Positions 28,415 through 37,674 of a stretch of DNA of 50,376 nucleotides are shown here, piece after piece (the stretch's first letter is position 1; each line of letters begins with the position of its first letter). The notes under the pieces were generated by a model that searched no databases, was not told the DNA's origin, and saw only the letters and a list, made by a program, of their open reading frames with translations. This stretch comes from a virus. Its lineage: Duplodnaviria > Caudoviricetes. Position numbers and translations under genes: made by a program. The DNA lies in IMG/VR virus record IMGVR_UViG_3300032001_000009, positions 1-50,376 of that record. The stretch is one strand, 5' to 3'.

Positions 28415-29872
28415 TCAGAACGTTGGCGCGGTCAGGCCAGTTATCTCCACGACCGACTGCGGGTAACGACCTGCCGAGAAGGCCAAATAATTGTATATCT
28501 GGAGCAACACGGTCAGGTTAGTTGCCAAGGTCTCCGGCAGCACCCTGGCCCTGATACCGGATTCCCAAAGCACGAGGTCGCTAGCTCTCAAAACATAAAT
28601 GATGTCCTGATTTCCGCTTGGCGTTCCCGGTCCGGCGGTCGTCGTGATGTTCGGGTCGGTGATCACCGGCAGCCCGTGCATCGTGCCCACGACCTGCTGA
28701 GACGCCACGTCCTGCAGGACGCCGGCCGCGTTGAACGGGTTGTTCGCGTTCGGCAGGAACAGCGGACGCTGCTGGGCGTCCAGCAGGGACAGGAACCATC
28801 CCCACCTCACTGGGTGCATGACGATGGCCTCGGGTGGCAGGAAGCGGGTGGTGTGGACCAACTGGACCGCGTTGGCGATCGCCGAATACACGGTCTGGAT
28901 GGTCGGCGCCCCCGACAAGGCCACCGTCGAGATGCCGGGGGTGTTGTTCACACCGAGCACCTGACCGGCGGTGCCGGACCCGGCCAGCACCTGGGTGTCG
29001 GTGGAGGCGGCGTGCGCCGCGACCAGGTCGCGGAACACCACATCATCGAACGCAATGGGGCTCTGATCGATCAACTGAATTGACACGCCTTGCGCGCCGG
29101 CGATCGTGCGTACCGGTGCGTTGATGAACGTGTCGGTCAAGTCGGTCTTGCTGATCGGGGTGTTGTCGGCGGTCTGCACTCCGACGGTGGTTCCGGTGAG
29201 CAGCTTCGGAATGTTGATGCTGTCGGTTCCACCGGGCAGCGGCTGGCGCTGCACGAGGTTCGCGAAAGCCCTTCCGGGCCTTGCCAATTCGATATATTGA
29301 TCCATTAGCCACGCGGGCGGCACCGCATACCCACCTTGGCCGTCGACCCGCGAGATGTCGCGGTATTCCTTGTAGGACTCGTCTTCGGCGACGTCCTGGG
29401 CGTGGCGCATCAGCCGACCGCGGGATTCGCCGTCGCCGTCCATGTTCAGGGTCAGTTTGATGAGATCCTTGACGTAGGAGCGGCGGTTGTTGCCCTTCTG
29501 GTAGGTGAGCTGCTCGGTGACCTTGGTGCGGGCGGTTTCGGCGCGCCGGATTTTGGCGAGGTTCTGCGAGATCTGGCCGGAGCGTTCCACCTCGCCGCGT
29601 ACCTCGTCGATACGTTCGTCGAGGCCGATGATTTCGGCGCCTTCGGACTTCATGTCCTTCATGTATTTGCGGTATTCGGCGTCTTCCTCGGGTTCGAGGT
29701 CTTCGCGGCCCTGTTCGCGGGCCAGCAGCAGCACAGCTTCGGCTTTCTGCTGGGAGCGGGCGCGCTTCTCGGCGGTGTTCTCGCGGCGGCGCAGCAGCTG
29801 GCCGAGGAACTCCTCGAGCCCTCCGGCGGCGGGCACCGCGTTGTCGACGCGGCGCTCAAGTTGATCTGTCAT
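28415..29872 (-). CDS. Major capsid protein (HK97 fold, N-terminal delta/scaffold domain)
   Basis: Coiled-coil N-terminal ~120 aa. GGYAVPP, S.QLIDQS, GSG..GQ..G, MHP..W and G...GLPV motifs. AAGGA RBS. Confidence 0.93.
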   Translation of the reverse strand: MTDQLERRVDNAVPAAGGLEEFLGQLLRRRENTAEKRARSQQKAEAVLLLAREQGREDLEPEEDAEYRKYMKDMKSEGAEIIGLDERIDEVRGEVERSGQISQNLAKIRRAETARTKVTEQLTYQKGNNRRSYVKDLIKLTLNMDGDGESRGRLMRHAQDVAEDESYKEYRDISRVDGQGGYAVPPAWLMDQYIELARPGRAFANLVQRQPLPGGTDSINIPKLLTGTTVGVQTADNTPISKTDLTDTFINAPVRTIAGAQGVSIQLIDQSPIAFDDVVFRDLVAAHAASTDTQVLAGSGTAGQVLGVNNTPGISTVALSGAPTIQTVYSAIANAVQLVHTTRFLPPEAIVMHPVRWGWFLSLLDAQQRPLFLPNANNPFNAAGVLQDVASQQVVGTMHGLPVITDPNITTTAGPGTPSGNQDIIYVLRASDLVLWESGIRARVLPETLATNLTVLLQIYNYLAFSAGRYPQSVVEITGLTAPTF

Positions 29873-30040
29873 CGAAGTTTCCTTCGTGGTCGGCCCGTTT
29901 TTGGGCGTAGAAACATGGGGACGTGGCTCGAGCTGGGCGAATGGTTCGTCACCGCTTCGCCGCTGGTGGGTTCGTCACCGGCACCTTTGAGCGACTGGGC
30001 TGCGTTTCTAGCGGCCAACTAGAACGTGTTGCCTGGCGGG

Positions 30041-30068
30041 ATTGTAGGAGCGGGTTTCCCGTGGTCAG
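30041..30068 (-). promoter_or_regulatory. Putative SigA-type promoter for the capsid gene (CTGACC-N16-TACAAT)
   Basis: TACAAT at 30041-30046, upstream of a ~160-nt non-coding leader. Confidence 0.5.
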
Positions 30069-30253
30069 CGGCGCGACACGCCGTTTGTTAAGCAGTCGTG
30101 TCGGGGGATGTCGGCGCCGGGCATCGTTTGGCAGCCGAGCAGGGTCGCGACCGGTTGTCCGAACATGGCCGCGGTGCGGGCGGTGGGGCAGTCCGCGCGG
30201 TGTACCAGTACGCCACCGTTGGTGCCTTCGGTCAGCGCGATGTCGTATTCCAT
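30065..30253 (-). CDS. 62-aa hypothetical protein (H..DC...C...H.C)
   Basis: ATG 30253 is coupled to the protease stop (TGATG). Confidence 0.6.
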   Translation of the reverse strand: MEYDIALTEGTNGGVLVHRADCPTARTAAMFGQPVATLLGCQTMPGADIPRHDCLTNGVSRR

Positions 30254-31992
30254 CAGCTGGCTTTGGGTTTCATCGTGTCGGCGAACCCGCACGCGGCGAT
30301 CGCGCGTAGCCCCTCGGTGACGGTGATGGTTTCGGGGTCGCCGTATTCGCGGCGCAGCTCCTCGAGTCTGCGGCTGATGCCGACATCGCGGCCGGGGATG
30401 TGCTGCAGATCGCGGACCTGGCGGCGTGCTCGGGCCAGCAGTTTACGCATGTCGCCGTCGCCGCTGGCCTCGGCCATCTGGTAGCAGGCGACGATGGTGG
30501 ACTCCAGCGCGGCCGCGAGTGACAGGTCGATCTGGTTGTCCATGTCGTTGTCGGGTTCCTCCTCGGACGCGTCGTGTTCGCCCTCGTAGTCGGGGTCATC
30601 GGGCATGTCGATGGTGCTGTCAGTGTGGTCCCAGTCGCTGCGGCCCTCGTCGTCATCGTCGTCGTCGTCGCGGCCGCCGCCCTTCTTGAACGGTTTGGCC
30701 TGTTTGCCGCCGAAGTTGCCGCCCTGACGCATCTGATCCAGGCCGTCCATCGCGGTCATATCGCCGCCGTGATCGGGGCAGGTGTCGCCGGGGCACATGT
30801 CCCCGCCTGGGCAGACCTCATCGTTGGCGAGCATCCAAAGCGAGTACATCTGTTTGTCGTACGCCTCGTCGTGCGCGTCGTAGCCGCCCTTGGCTCCCAC
30901 ACCCAGGTCGGCGCCCGGTGTGATGTCGGGACGCCCGCCCAGCGTGCGATCGTACGGGGTTATCTGCTTGTCGTAGCCCTGATCTTGGCCGGTGGAAGCC
31001 TTGATGTCGGGGTTCCACACGTACGGCGCGGTGAACGCCCGGTGCCCCGAACGTGGGGACGACCACGCCTTGGATTCGTCGCCGATCTGCACACCGAACC
31101 GTTTGGCGGCGGAGCGGATCTTGCCCATGATCGCCGACTGCTGCTCGGCGGTGTAACGCTGCTTGTTCTGCGCGAACCGGGCGGCCGCGTTGCGCACCCG
31201 CGCCGCGGAGTTCAGCGGGTAGCGTTTCTTGCCGTTGCCGCCCTTGGCGGGTTTGCCGTCGTTGTCGAGGTATCCGGGGTCGGCGAAGTTGGACACGTCG
31301 GCGTACTTTTTCGGGGTTTTCGCTCGCGCGTTGGACAGTGTGTGCATGGCGGCCATCACCTTGGTTTGATCCATTTTGCGTATCTCCACCAGATCGGAGT
31401 TGGACAGCGACGCCAGCACGTCCACGGCGTCGGACATCATCACCGCGGTGTTGGGGTTCATCCCGTAATTCACCACGGACACATCGCCCTTATGCAGCGA
31501 AACCTCGGTGATCATCCGCTGCGTGTAATCCGAGCTCCAGTCCTGGGCACGGACATGGAACGCGAAGCTCATCTCGTCGAGCAGCGGTCGGCGGCCCTCG
31601 CGGCTCTGCATCTTGGGGGCCAGGCGCTGCACGTCGGGGTCTGAGGGATTCAGCTCGGCGCGGATCAACAGCCCGTGGTCGTCGGCGCGCAAGCTCAGGG
31701 TGCCGTTTTTAGTGCCGGCGATCGGCAGGCCCTCGTGGTTGATGAGCAGCATCACGTCGGGGTTGGCGCCCAACGTTTTGTCGAACGCGCGCCGGTCGAT
31801 CTGCTCGACCCAGCCGCCGGCGCGCACCCCGCCGTGCACGTCGTAGGCGTGGAACGTGGCGGCGTAGCCCTCGAGCACAAGATGGCCCGACGCGGCGTCG
31901 GTGCGCAGCTCCAGCGGGCTGGCCATCCTCCGGGTTTCGCGGATGTCGAGGATCTTTTCCCGCATGCGACGCTCGTCCAGAGTGGTCGTCAT
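30253..31992 (-). CDS. HK97-family prohead (capsid maturation) protease with long C-terminal extension
   Basis: LEGYAATF, E.I...AF, LINH, L.L..DDHGL, DEMSFAF and DVSVV.Y..N motifs in the first ~185 aa. These are followed by a DUF6582-like segment, acidic linkers and a helical tail. Confidence 0.9.
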   Translation of the reverse strand: MTTTLDERRMREKILDIRETRRMASPLELRTDAASGHLVLEGYAATFHAYDVHGGVRAGGWVEQIDRRAFDKTLGANPDVMLLINHEGLPIAGTKNGTLSLRADDHGLLIRAELNPSDPDVQRLAPKMQSREGRRPLLDEMSFAFHVRAQDWSSDYTQRMITEVSLHKGDVSVVNYGMNPNTAVMMSDAVDVLASLSNSDLVEIRKMDQTKVMAAMHTLSNARAKTPKKYADVSNFADPGYLDNDGKPAKGGNGKKRYPLNSAARVRNAAARFAQNKQRYTAEQQSAIMGKIRSAAKRFGVQIGDESKAWSSPRSGHRAFTAPYVWNPDIKASTGQDQGYDKQITPYDRTLGGRPDITPGADLGVGAKGGYDAHDEAYDKQMYSLWMLANDEVCPGGDMCPGDTCPDHGGDMTAMDGLDQMRQGGNFGGKQAKPFKKGGGRDDDDDDDEGRSDWDHTDSTIDMPDDPDYEGEHDASEEEPDNDMDNQIDLSLAAALESTIVACYQMAEASGDGDMRKLLARARRQVRDLQHIPGRDVGISRRLEELRREYGDPETITVTEGLRAIAACGFADTMKPKAS

Positions 31993-32014
31993 CGTTAACC
32001 TCCCATGCTGGTGG

Positions 32015-34435
32015 TTAGGTTCTCATCAGGAAGCCGCGGCCGTTGCGAGGCGCGCCGTTGGGTGACTGTCCGTCGTGGTCGGATTCGCCGCCGGCGATCG
32101 GGGGCATCGGGAAGCTGCCCGGGGTTTGCGGCGGCGGGGGCGGGTTGTTCGCGGCGGGTGGGAAGGTGGCGGGCATCATGCGGTTGGAGATGTAGAGCTG
32201 CTCGCCGCCCTCGATCGGGTCCATTTCCTCCTTCGCGCGGACCTCGTTGGCGGCGATCCACGGGTTGGCGGTCGAGGAGCCCAGCGCCAGCGCGTACGCC
32301 TTGTAGCGGCCCTCGATGTCGCCGCGCAGCAGCGAGTCATAGTCGAATTGGCAATACTGCCCGCGGGGCAGACACCGCGAAACCATCGACTCCATGCACG
32401 AGGTCCAGGCGCGGAACGTGAAAGTTATTGCGCCCAAAGTGATTTGCTCCACACCTGTACCCCACGCGGTGGTGTTGTGACTGATGATCCCGTTGGTGAC
32501 GTGGGTGTGGGTGCCCTCGATCTCGATGCCGACTGTCTGACCGTCGCCCAGATGCTCGATGGTCTTGACACGGTCGAACTCGAAGACAACTGGTCGGACT
32601 TGTTTGCCGGAGCCGGTGAACGCCGCCAACTTCCGCTTCTTAGCCCAGTGCGCGAGGTCGAGGGTCTGCGCCAGTTTCGCCAACTCGCCTTTGCCTTTCA
32701 CCCGCAGTTGCCATGCATCGCGGCAATCGGATTCGCCGCCGCGCGGCATTGTGCGCCGCCCGCCCCGACTGCCGAGGCACAGTGACGAATTGATGCCCAG
32801 CAGCGCCAGCAAGTGCTGGCAGCCTTCAAGCAGTTCGCGGCTGGTCGACGCGAAATGCGCGTGCGGCTGCTTGGCGGTAATGGACACGCAGCCGTCGGCA
32901 TCGAAATAACCGGACAGGAATCCACGCCACGCGGCGGGGCCGCCTGCCATGACCATGTCGGGAACGAACTTGTCGTGGGCGTGGCTGCCGACGAGACCGG
33001 ATTCCTTGAGGATGCCGCCGATGACTGAGGTGTGGCCGCTGTTGAGCAGATCGAAGCTGCGATGTCCACGGAATTTCAGGCTGCCACCAAGGGATTGCAC
33101 GATGTTGCTCATCCGGGCGATCACGTCAAGATTGGTGTTGGCCCAGCACGAGTAGTGCTTATGGTCCATGCGGATGTGCCCGTCGCCGACCATCGAGCCG
33201 AGGAAGTAGCCGATATCGCCCGACAGGTGCCCCGTTTCGTCGGGCAGGTGACCGAGGCCGATACGCACATAGTTGCCTGGTTGAAGATCGCCGGCGTAGA
33301 GCCATTCACCATCGGTTGGCAGGGGCCGGTTGCCGGGGCTGCGCAGCCGCTGGAGACCCAAAATCGGGTGATCCGCCGTGCAGGTCAATTCCCGTCCCCG
33401 CACAGTAGTCATCTTGACGATCGGCTTGATCGGTGGCGTACCGATCCATGACACTGGTGACGCGACAAGTTTGGAGCCGTCCCACGCCATCACACGATCA
33501 CCGACGCGCAGATCTTCCACCAGCTTGCGGCTGCCGTCAGCCATCGTCATCAGAGTGCCCGCTACCACGCATTCTTTCGTGTCTCCGATGAGGATTGGCG
33601 GCACCCCGTACATTAAACAAATTTCGCTGCGTTGAAATTGCCTGGTCGCGAGGAATTGTGATTCTTCCGGGCTAATTGTCAAATTCTGCCATTGGAACCC
33701 GTTCGTTAATACCGCCGGTAACCGACGTCCGCCGTGACTCGCGATCCAATTTTTTTGCTGACGTTCGACAGCTTTCTCGTCGAGATCCTGATCGGTGAAC
33801 AGAATACCGCTCGGATTTGCGGATTCTTTAAAATACCGGTAACCAAACTCTTCGGCGCCCAGGCTCATGCCGATCGCGACGGCGGCCTGCTTGACGGGGC
33901 TCAATCCCCACGGTTCGCCGGGCATGGTGAAGCGGCGGATGTGGATCATGTCGGCGCGGTTGACCTGCTCGCCCATCACCCGGTAGACCGGCTCGAACCA
34001 CATCAGGATGTCGGGGCGGCGCTCCAGAAACACGATGTCGGGATGCAAAGGCAACAAGGAGGTGGGGTTGTTCAGTTTGTCGCGGGACGTGACCAGGTGA
34101 TAGGAGTTGCCCCGCAACGCCAGGCTGGCTACCACCATCCATTTCCACTGGAACAGGTCGAAACCCGGGAAAGGTTCGCGCAGCAAAGCTGGTTGGGGTT
34201 TGACTTCCTTCGGGACGCCCTTGGAGTCGCGGCGATACGCCTTCCACGGCAGCGAGGCGATCGTGTCGGCCAGCACCCGCACACACGCCAGCACGGTCAT
34301 ACAGGCCATCGCCCGGTGCACACCCAGGTAGTCGTCGATCACCCCGACCTGGGGTGGCGGGACGAACGACGAGCTCATCAAGTCGCGTTTCTCCATGCCG
34401 TTCTGGCGGCTGGTGAGGCGGGCGAGAATGCTCAC
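32015..34435 (-). CDS. Portal protein (HK97 family) containing an intein
   Basis: Start moved to GTG 34435. V.ACV..LADTIASLP, L.L.GN.Y, HIR...G.SP, SQFLATR.F...EI...YGVPP..IG and NEVR..E...P motifs. Confidence 0.93.
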   Translation of the reverse strand: MSILARLTSRQNGMEKRDLMSSSFVPPPQVGVIDDYLGVHRAMACMTVLACVRVLADTIASLPWKAYRRDSKGVPKEVKPQPALLREPFPGFDLFQWKWMVVASLALRGNSYHLVTSRDKLNNPTSLLPLHPDIVFLERRPDILMWFEPVYRVMGEQVNRADMIHIRRFTMPGEPWGLSPVKQAAVAIGMSLGAEEFGYRYFKESANPSGILFTDQDLDEKAVERQQKNWIASHGGRRLPAVLTNGFQWQNLTISPEESQFLATRQFQRSEICLMYGVPPILIGDTKECVVAGTLMTMADGSRKLVEDLRVGDRVMAWDGSKLVASPVSWIGTPPIKPIVKMTTVRGRELTCTADHPILGLQRLRSPGNRPLPTDGEWLYAGDLQPGNYVRIGLGHLPDETGHLSGDIGYFLGSMVGDGHIRMDHKHYSCWANTNLDVIARMSNIVQSLGGSLKFRGHRSFDLLNSGHTSVIGGILKESGLVGSHAHDKFVPDMVMAGGPAAWRGFLSGYFDADGCVSITAKQPHAHFASTSRELLEGCQHLLALLGINSSLCLGSRGGRRTMPRGGESDCRDAWQLRVKGKGELAKLAQTLDLAHWAKKRKLAAFTGSGKQVRPVVFEFDRVKTIEHLGDGQTVGIEIEGTHTHVTNGIISHNTTAWGTGVEQITLGAITFTFRAWTSCMESMVSRCLPRGQYCQFDYDSLLRGDIEGRYKAYALALGSSTANPWIAANEVRAKEEMDPIEGGEQLYISNRMMPATFPPAANNPPPPPQTPGSFPMPPIAGGESDHDGQSPNGAPRNGRGFLMRT
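32474..33571 (-). mobile_element. Class 1 intein with LAGLIDADG endonuclease in the portal (366 aa)
   Basis: TKE/CVVAGT start, block B TADHP, LGSMVGDG and FLSGYFDADG, ending ISHN/T. Confidence 0.93.
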
Positions 34436-34449
34436 GGGCGCAGTTTCCC

Positions 34450-34851
34450 CTAGCCGGTGAAGTTTTTGCTGGTCGCCACGCCGAGCAGCACCAGGCACAG
34501 ACCGGCAATCATCAGGCCCAGCCACAGATGGATCAAAAAGCAGCCCACCGAGAACGCGGTCAGCCCCACGATCTCCAGCGCGGTGGAGATGGTTTCGCGC
34601 CGGTCCAGCGGTGCCTTGGGTGCCTCGATTGTGCCGACCTGCATCCGCACCCCGTTGTTGACTTTCAGCGTGAACGGCTCCGGCTCGTCGGGCGCCATGT
34701 CCTCGGGTGCGAGGTTCATTTCCTCGGCGTCGGTGACCGCGCGGGCGTAGTCGATCGCGCCCTGCTGGGTTTTGTCGCGGGCGTCCTGATAAAGCTTGCC
34801 GCCGCTGCCGAACGGGACCACGTTCGTGTCGTCGTCATGTGAATCGCTCAT
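34450..34851 (-). CDS. Membrane protein between terminase and portal
   Basis: Start at ATG 34851. Two C-terminal hydrophobic helices (ALEIVGLTAFSVGCFLIHLWLGLMIAGLCLVLLGVA). Confidence 0.75.
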   Translation of the reverse strand: MSDSHDDDTNVVPFGSGGKLYQDARDKTQQGAIDYARAVTDAEEMNLAPEDMAPDEPEPFTLKVNNGVRMQVGTIEAPKAPLDRRETISTALEIVGLTAFSVGCFLIHLWLGLMIAGLCLVLLGVATSKNFTG

Positions 34852-37429
34852 CGGTTTCCTTCCGCCACTTGTCGATCGTGTCGTCGTCGGGCCAGTCCCA
34901 CACCGTCGGATCACCCACGATGGGAGGCGGGTTGTTCAGCAGCCACACCGCGCCGGCGCACGCCACCAGCGGGGCGGCGTCCACCGGGGAGTGGCGCCGG
35001 TCGAAAAACCAGGCGTCGCCGATCGTGCGGGCCACCGTGGAGGCGGCCGCGCGGTCCAACACCTGCGCCGGGCGGTGCGCGATGGTGCCGTCGACGATGC
35101 CGTCGTAGAACTCGCCCGCGCCGGCGGCCAGCTGCGCGACCGGGCCGCCCCAGTCGGTGATCGTGATCCCGGCCGCGCGTAGGTCGTCGGCCAAACCCGA
35201 CGCCGGGGCGCCGGTCTTCTGAATGCAGATCCCCGCGAACTTATCCTTGCGCGCGGTGAGCCAGCCGGTGATCCAGTCGGTGCCCTTCCCGGGGGTTTTG
35301 ACGACCTCGATGTGGATCTTGTCGTCGGCGCGCCGCGCGGCCACCGCGATATAGGCGCGGGTGCGGTGATAGTTCAGGTCGACACACGCGTACACCGGGG
35401 CGTCCTCGGCGCGGAATGATTGTTTGTCGATGGTGTCGTTCCACGCCTGCGCGGGAATGATTCCCGGTTTGAGCGCATCCACCCACTGGCAATTTGCGGT
35501 AGGAATCAGGTCACGTCCCGCGAGGAACAGGCTGTCTGGGCTGTCTACGGTGAGGCAGCGGGTCGGTCGGCTCGTTACAGGAGTGATAGCGCGAATGCTG
35601 ATGGCGGTGCGCTCACCTGCCCGTGAGCGCGAATCGTGGATCAGCGCGGCCTTCCGCAGCAGCCGGAAGGGCTGCATGCCGCTGGCGGTGAAGCAGACCA
35701 TGTACGCGGTGCCGTTATGCGACGGCACGAAGGTGGCGCGCTGCCCTAGGCTGCGGGCCAAATACAGCACCGATTCGGCCAGTTGTTTGTTGGTGTTGCA
35801 GAACCGCACCCGGTTGGCGGCGTCAATGCTGCCGTCGGTGTCGAGTAAACCTTGGAGCAGAGCCAGCCGTTGCTCCGTCCCGGCCGTCAGATAACGCTCG
35901 GGAACGTGTTTGTTGCGCCAGACGCCGATCTCTTTGGCGCGGTAGGTGAATCCGTCGTGAGACCAGGGTGGCGCGAGGTTCAGGCGGATGTACTGAGCAG
36001 TCCGGCCATTGGGGGTGATCGAGGTGGGGATGCCCAGCGCGGCGCGCATACCGTCCACATCTGCGTCCGCGCAGGTGATCTCAGGCTTACTCGCCGTTCC
36101 GTCGCCTAGCCATGCGCCGAGAACGTAGGGATCGAGCGGAAGTTCCACCGGCTTGCTGACGAGTTGGTGCTGGTCCGGCAGCCGGTAGGCATATCTGCCG
36201 CCAGTCCGATTGCGGGTCACACCTTTCTCTAGAAGCTGCTGTGTGGTCAGCGTCTCCCAGCCCCGGTTGCTGCGGCGGTCGTTCACCAGCCACCGATGGT
36301 CGGCGTCAGCGATTACCGTTCGACCGTCGGTGGTCGTCACCTCGAAACACGGCCTGTCATCGAACACGTCCGTGGCGCCCAGAATCTCGACCGGGTGGCC
36401 ACCGGGATGGAACACCTGGTCGCCGGGTGCGGCTGTCCCTATCGTTTTCCACCCGGTCGTGGTGAGCACCGGTGTATCGACATCTAGGGCGAGGTACTCG
36501 GTGCGGAAGCCAGCCATGTCCTCGGCTTCCATGTTCTCGAAATGCGCCCGCAGATCATCGAGCGAAAAGTCGTTGAGCAGCCCCATCGCCGGGTTCGCCA
36601 AATACCAGTACCGGTCGTCGCGCGGGTCCACATCGTCGGGCACCGACCATTCGAAAAACCCGGTCTGGGTATCCAACGTGTCACCGACGGTGATCTTGCG
36701 GACCGCGGCCTCACGCAACCCGCGCAAAACCACACTGCGCAGATCCCCCGCATTCGAGGTGGCCAGCACCTGCGAACACGGGCGCACCGTGGTGGTCGGG
36801 GTGACCGCCCGCCACGCCTCGTTGCTGGTGTGCTCGCGGATCTCGTCGAGCCACGCGAAATCCACCGACAGCGACCGGCCACCCTTACGCGAGCTGGTGG
36901 CCGCGCGCCAGTTACGCCGATACGTCAGGATCGCGCGTTGCTTGCCGTTGGTGAGGTGGTGATGCAGCAGCTCACGGGCCAGCAGCGGATGATCACGGAT
37001 GGTGTCGACCACCTCGGTCAAGGTGGCCTCGGCGTAGTCCAGGTTCTGGGCGGCGACCACCGCGAGTTTGGCGGCCGGCCACCTGGGGTGCGGGCGGCCC
37101 TGGCGGTCCATGAACAGCCGCCATATCCCCAGCCCCTTACCCCACGTGGTTTTCCCGTTTTGCCGGGCTACCAGAATGACCAGGAAGCGGAACCTGAATC
37201 CTGTTCCGTCCCTTCGTTTTTCCAGCGCCCGGTAGTACAGCCATTTCTGCCACGGCAAAAGGTGCCAGCCGAGGATGACCTCGAGGAAGTAGCAGCATTG
37301 CCAGCCCCAGCTGGCTTCGGGTTTGATGCCGAACTTGGCGTCGGGGTCGGCGTGCTCGGGCAGCGGCGGGGTGAACAACCGGGGAAGGGTTGACCCGACC
37401 CGCGGATCGACGTCGACGACAGCGCTCAC
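34835..37429 (-). CDS. terL: Terminase large subunit containing an intein
   Basis: Start at GTG 37429 (GTGA overlap). Q-motif LLPWQ, Walker A VARQNGKT, Walker B WLDE, TSNAG, ANP..G, and a C-terminal nuclease domain. Confidence 0.95.
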   Translation of the reverse strand: MSAVVDVDPRVGSTLPRLFTPPLPEHADPDAKFGIKPEASWGWQCCYFLEVILGWHLLPWQKWLYYRALEKRRDGTGFRFRFLVILVARQNGKTTWGKGLGIWRLFMDRQGRPHPRWPAAKLAVVAAQNLDYAEATLTEVVDTIRDHPLLARELLHHHLTNGKQRAILTYRRNWRAATSSRKGGRSLSVDFAWLDEIREHTSNEAWRAVTPTTTVRPCSQVLATSNAGDLRSVVLRGLREAAVRKITVGDTLDTQTGFFEWSVPDDVDPRDDRYWYLANPAMGLLNDFSLDDLRAHFENMEAEDMAGFRTEYLALDVDTPVLTTTGWKTIGTAAPGDQVFHPGGHPVEILGATDVFDDRPCFEVTTTDGRTVIADADHRWLVNDRRSNRGWETLTTQQLLEKGVTRNRTGGRYAYRLPDQHQLVSKPVELPLDPYVLGAWLGDGTASKPEITCADADVDGMRAALGIPTSITPNGRTAQYIRLNLAPPWSHDGFTYRAKEIGVWRNKHVPERYLTAGTEQRLALLQGLLDTDGSIDAANRVRFCNTNKQLAESVLYLARSLGQRATFVPSHNGTAYMVCFTASGMQPFRLLRKAALIHDSRSRAGERTAISIRAITPVTSRPTRCLTVDSPDSLFLAGRDLIPTANCQWVDALKPGIIPAQAWNDTIDKQSFRAEDAPVYACVDLNYHRTRAYIAVAARRADDKIHIEVVKTPGKGTDWITGWLTARKDKFAGICIQKTGAPASGLADDLRAAGITITDWGGPVAQLAAGAGEFYDGIVDGTIAHRPAQVLDRAAASTVARTIGDAWFFDRRHSPVDAAPLVACAGAVWLLNNPPPIVGDPTVWDWPDDDTIDKWRKETDERFT
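35492..36490 (-). mobile_element. Class 3 (Ala-start, WCT motif) intein with LAGLIDADG endonuclease in TerL (333 aa)
   Basis: EYL/ALDVDTP start, block B DHRW, block F TRCLTV, block G IPTAN/C. Endonuclease motifs LGAWLGDG and LLQGLLDTDG. Confidence 0.92.
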
Positions 37430-37614
37430 TTGACGTGCCTGGCGTAGCGGTCGAAAGCCTGGTCGTCCTTGGCGGTCCAATGCAACGAGGCCAGCACCTC
37501 GCGGGCGGCCTGGGTTTCCCGCGCCTCGGTGACCGCGTCGGCGACCAGCTTCCTCACCGGAGCGGTCACCCACACCCACAGCGCGTCCAGCGCGTCGCAC
37601 AGCAGCCTGCGCAC
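37426..37614 (-). CDS. Hypothetical protein (62 aa)
   Basis: Stop overlaps the terL start. Possibly leaderless (GACGAT 6 nt upstream). Confidence 0.65.
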   Translation of the reverse strand: MRRLLCDALDALWVWVTAPVRKLVADAVTEARETQAAREVLASLHWTAKDDQAFDRYARHVK

Positions 37615-37659
37615 GCGTCAATCGTCGCGCCAGGTTTTCCGTGGCCTAAGTCAAGGACA

Positions 37660-37674
37660 TTCGCGGCGTGTCGC
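37660..37674 (-). promoter_or_regulatory. 15-bp motif GCGACACGCCGCGAA (copy 2)
   Basis: Intergenic, upstream of the gene coupled to terL. Identical to 23454-23468. Confidence 0.45.

Noticed and set aside
34835-37621. ORF-track N-terminal extensions of terL, portal, HNH-AP2, both WPD-region ORFs and others
   Set aside because: Downstream starts with RBS or 1-/4-nt stop-start overlaps fit better, and the extensions overlap other real genes.
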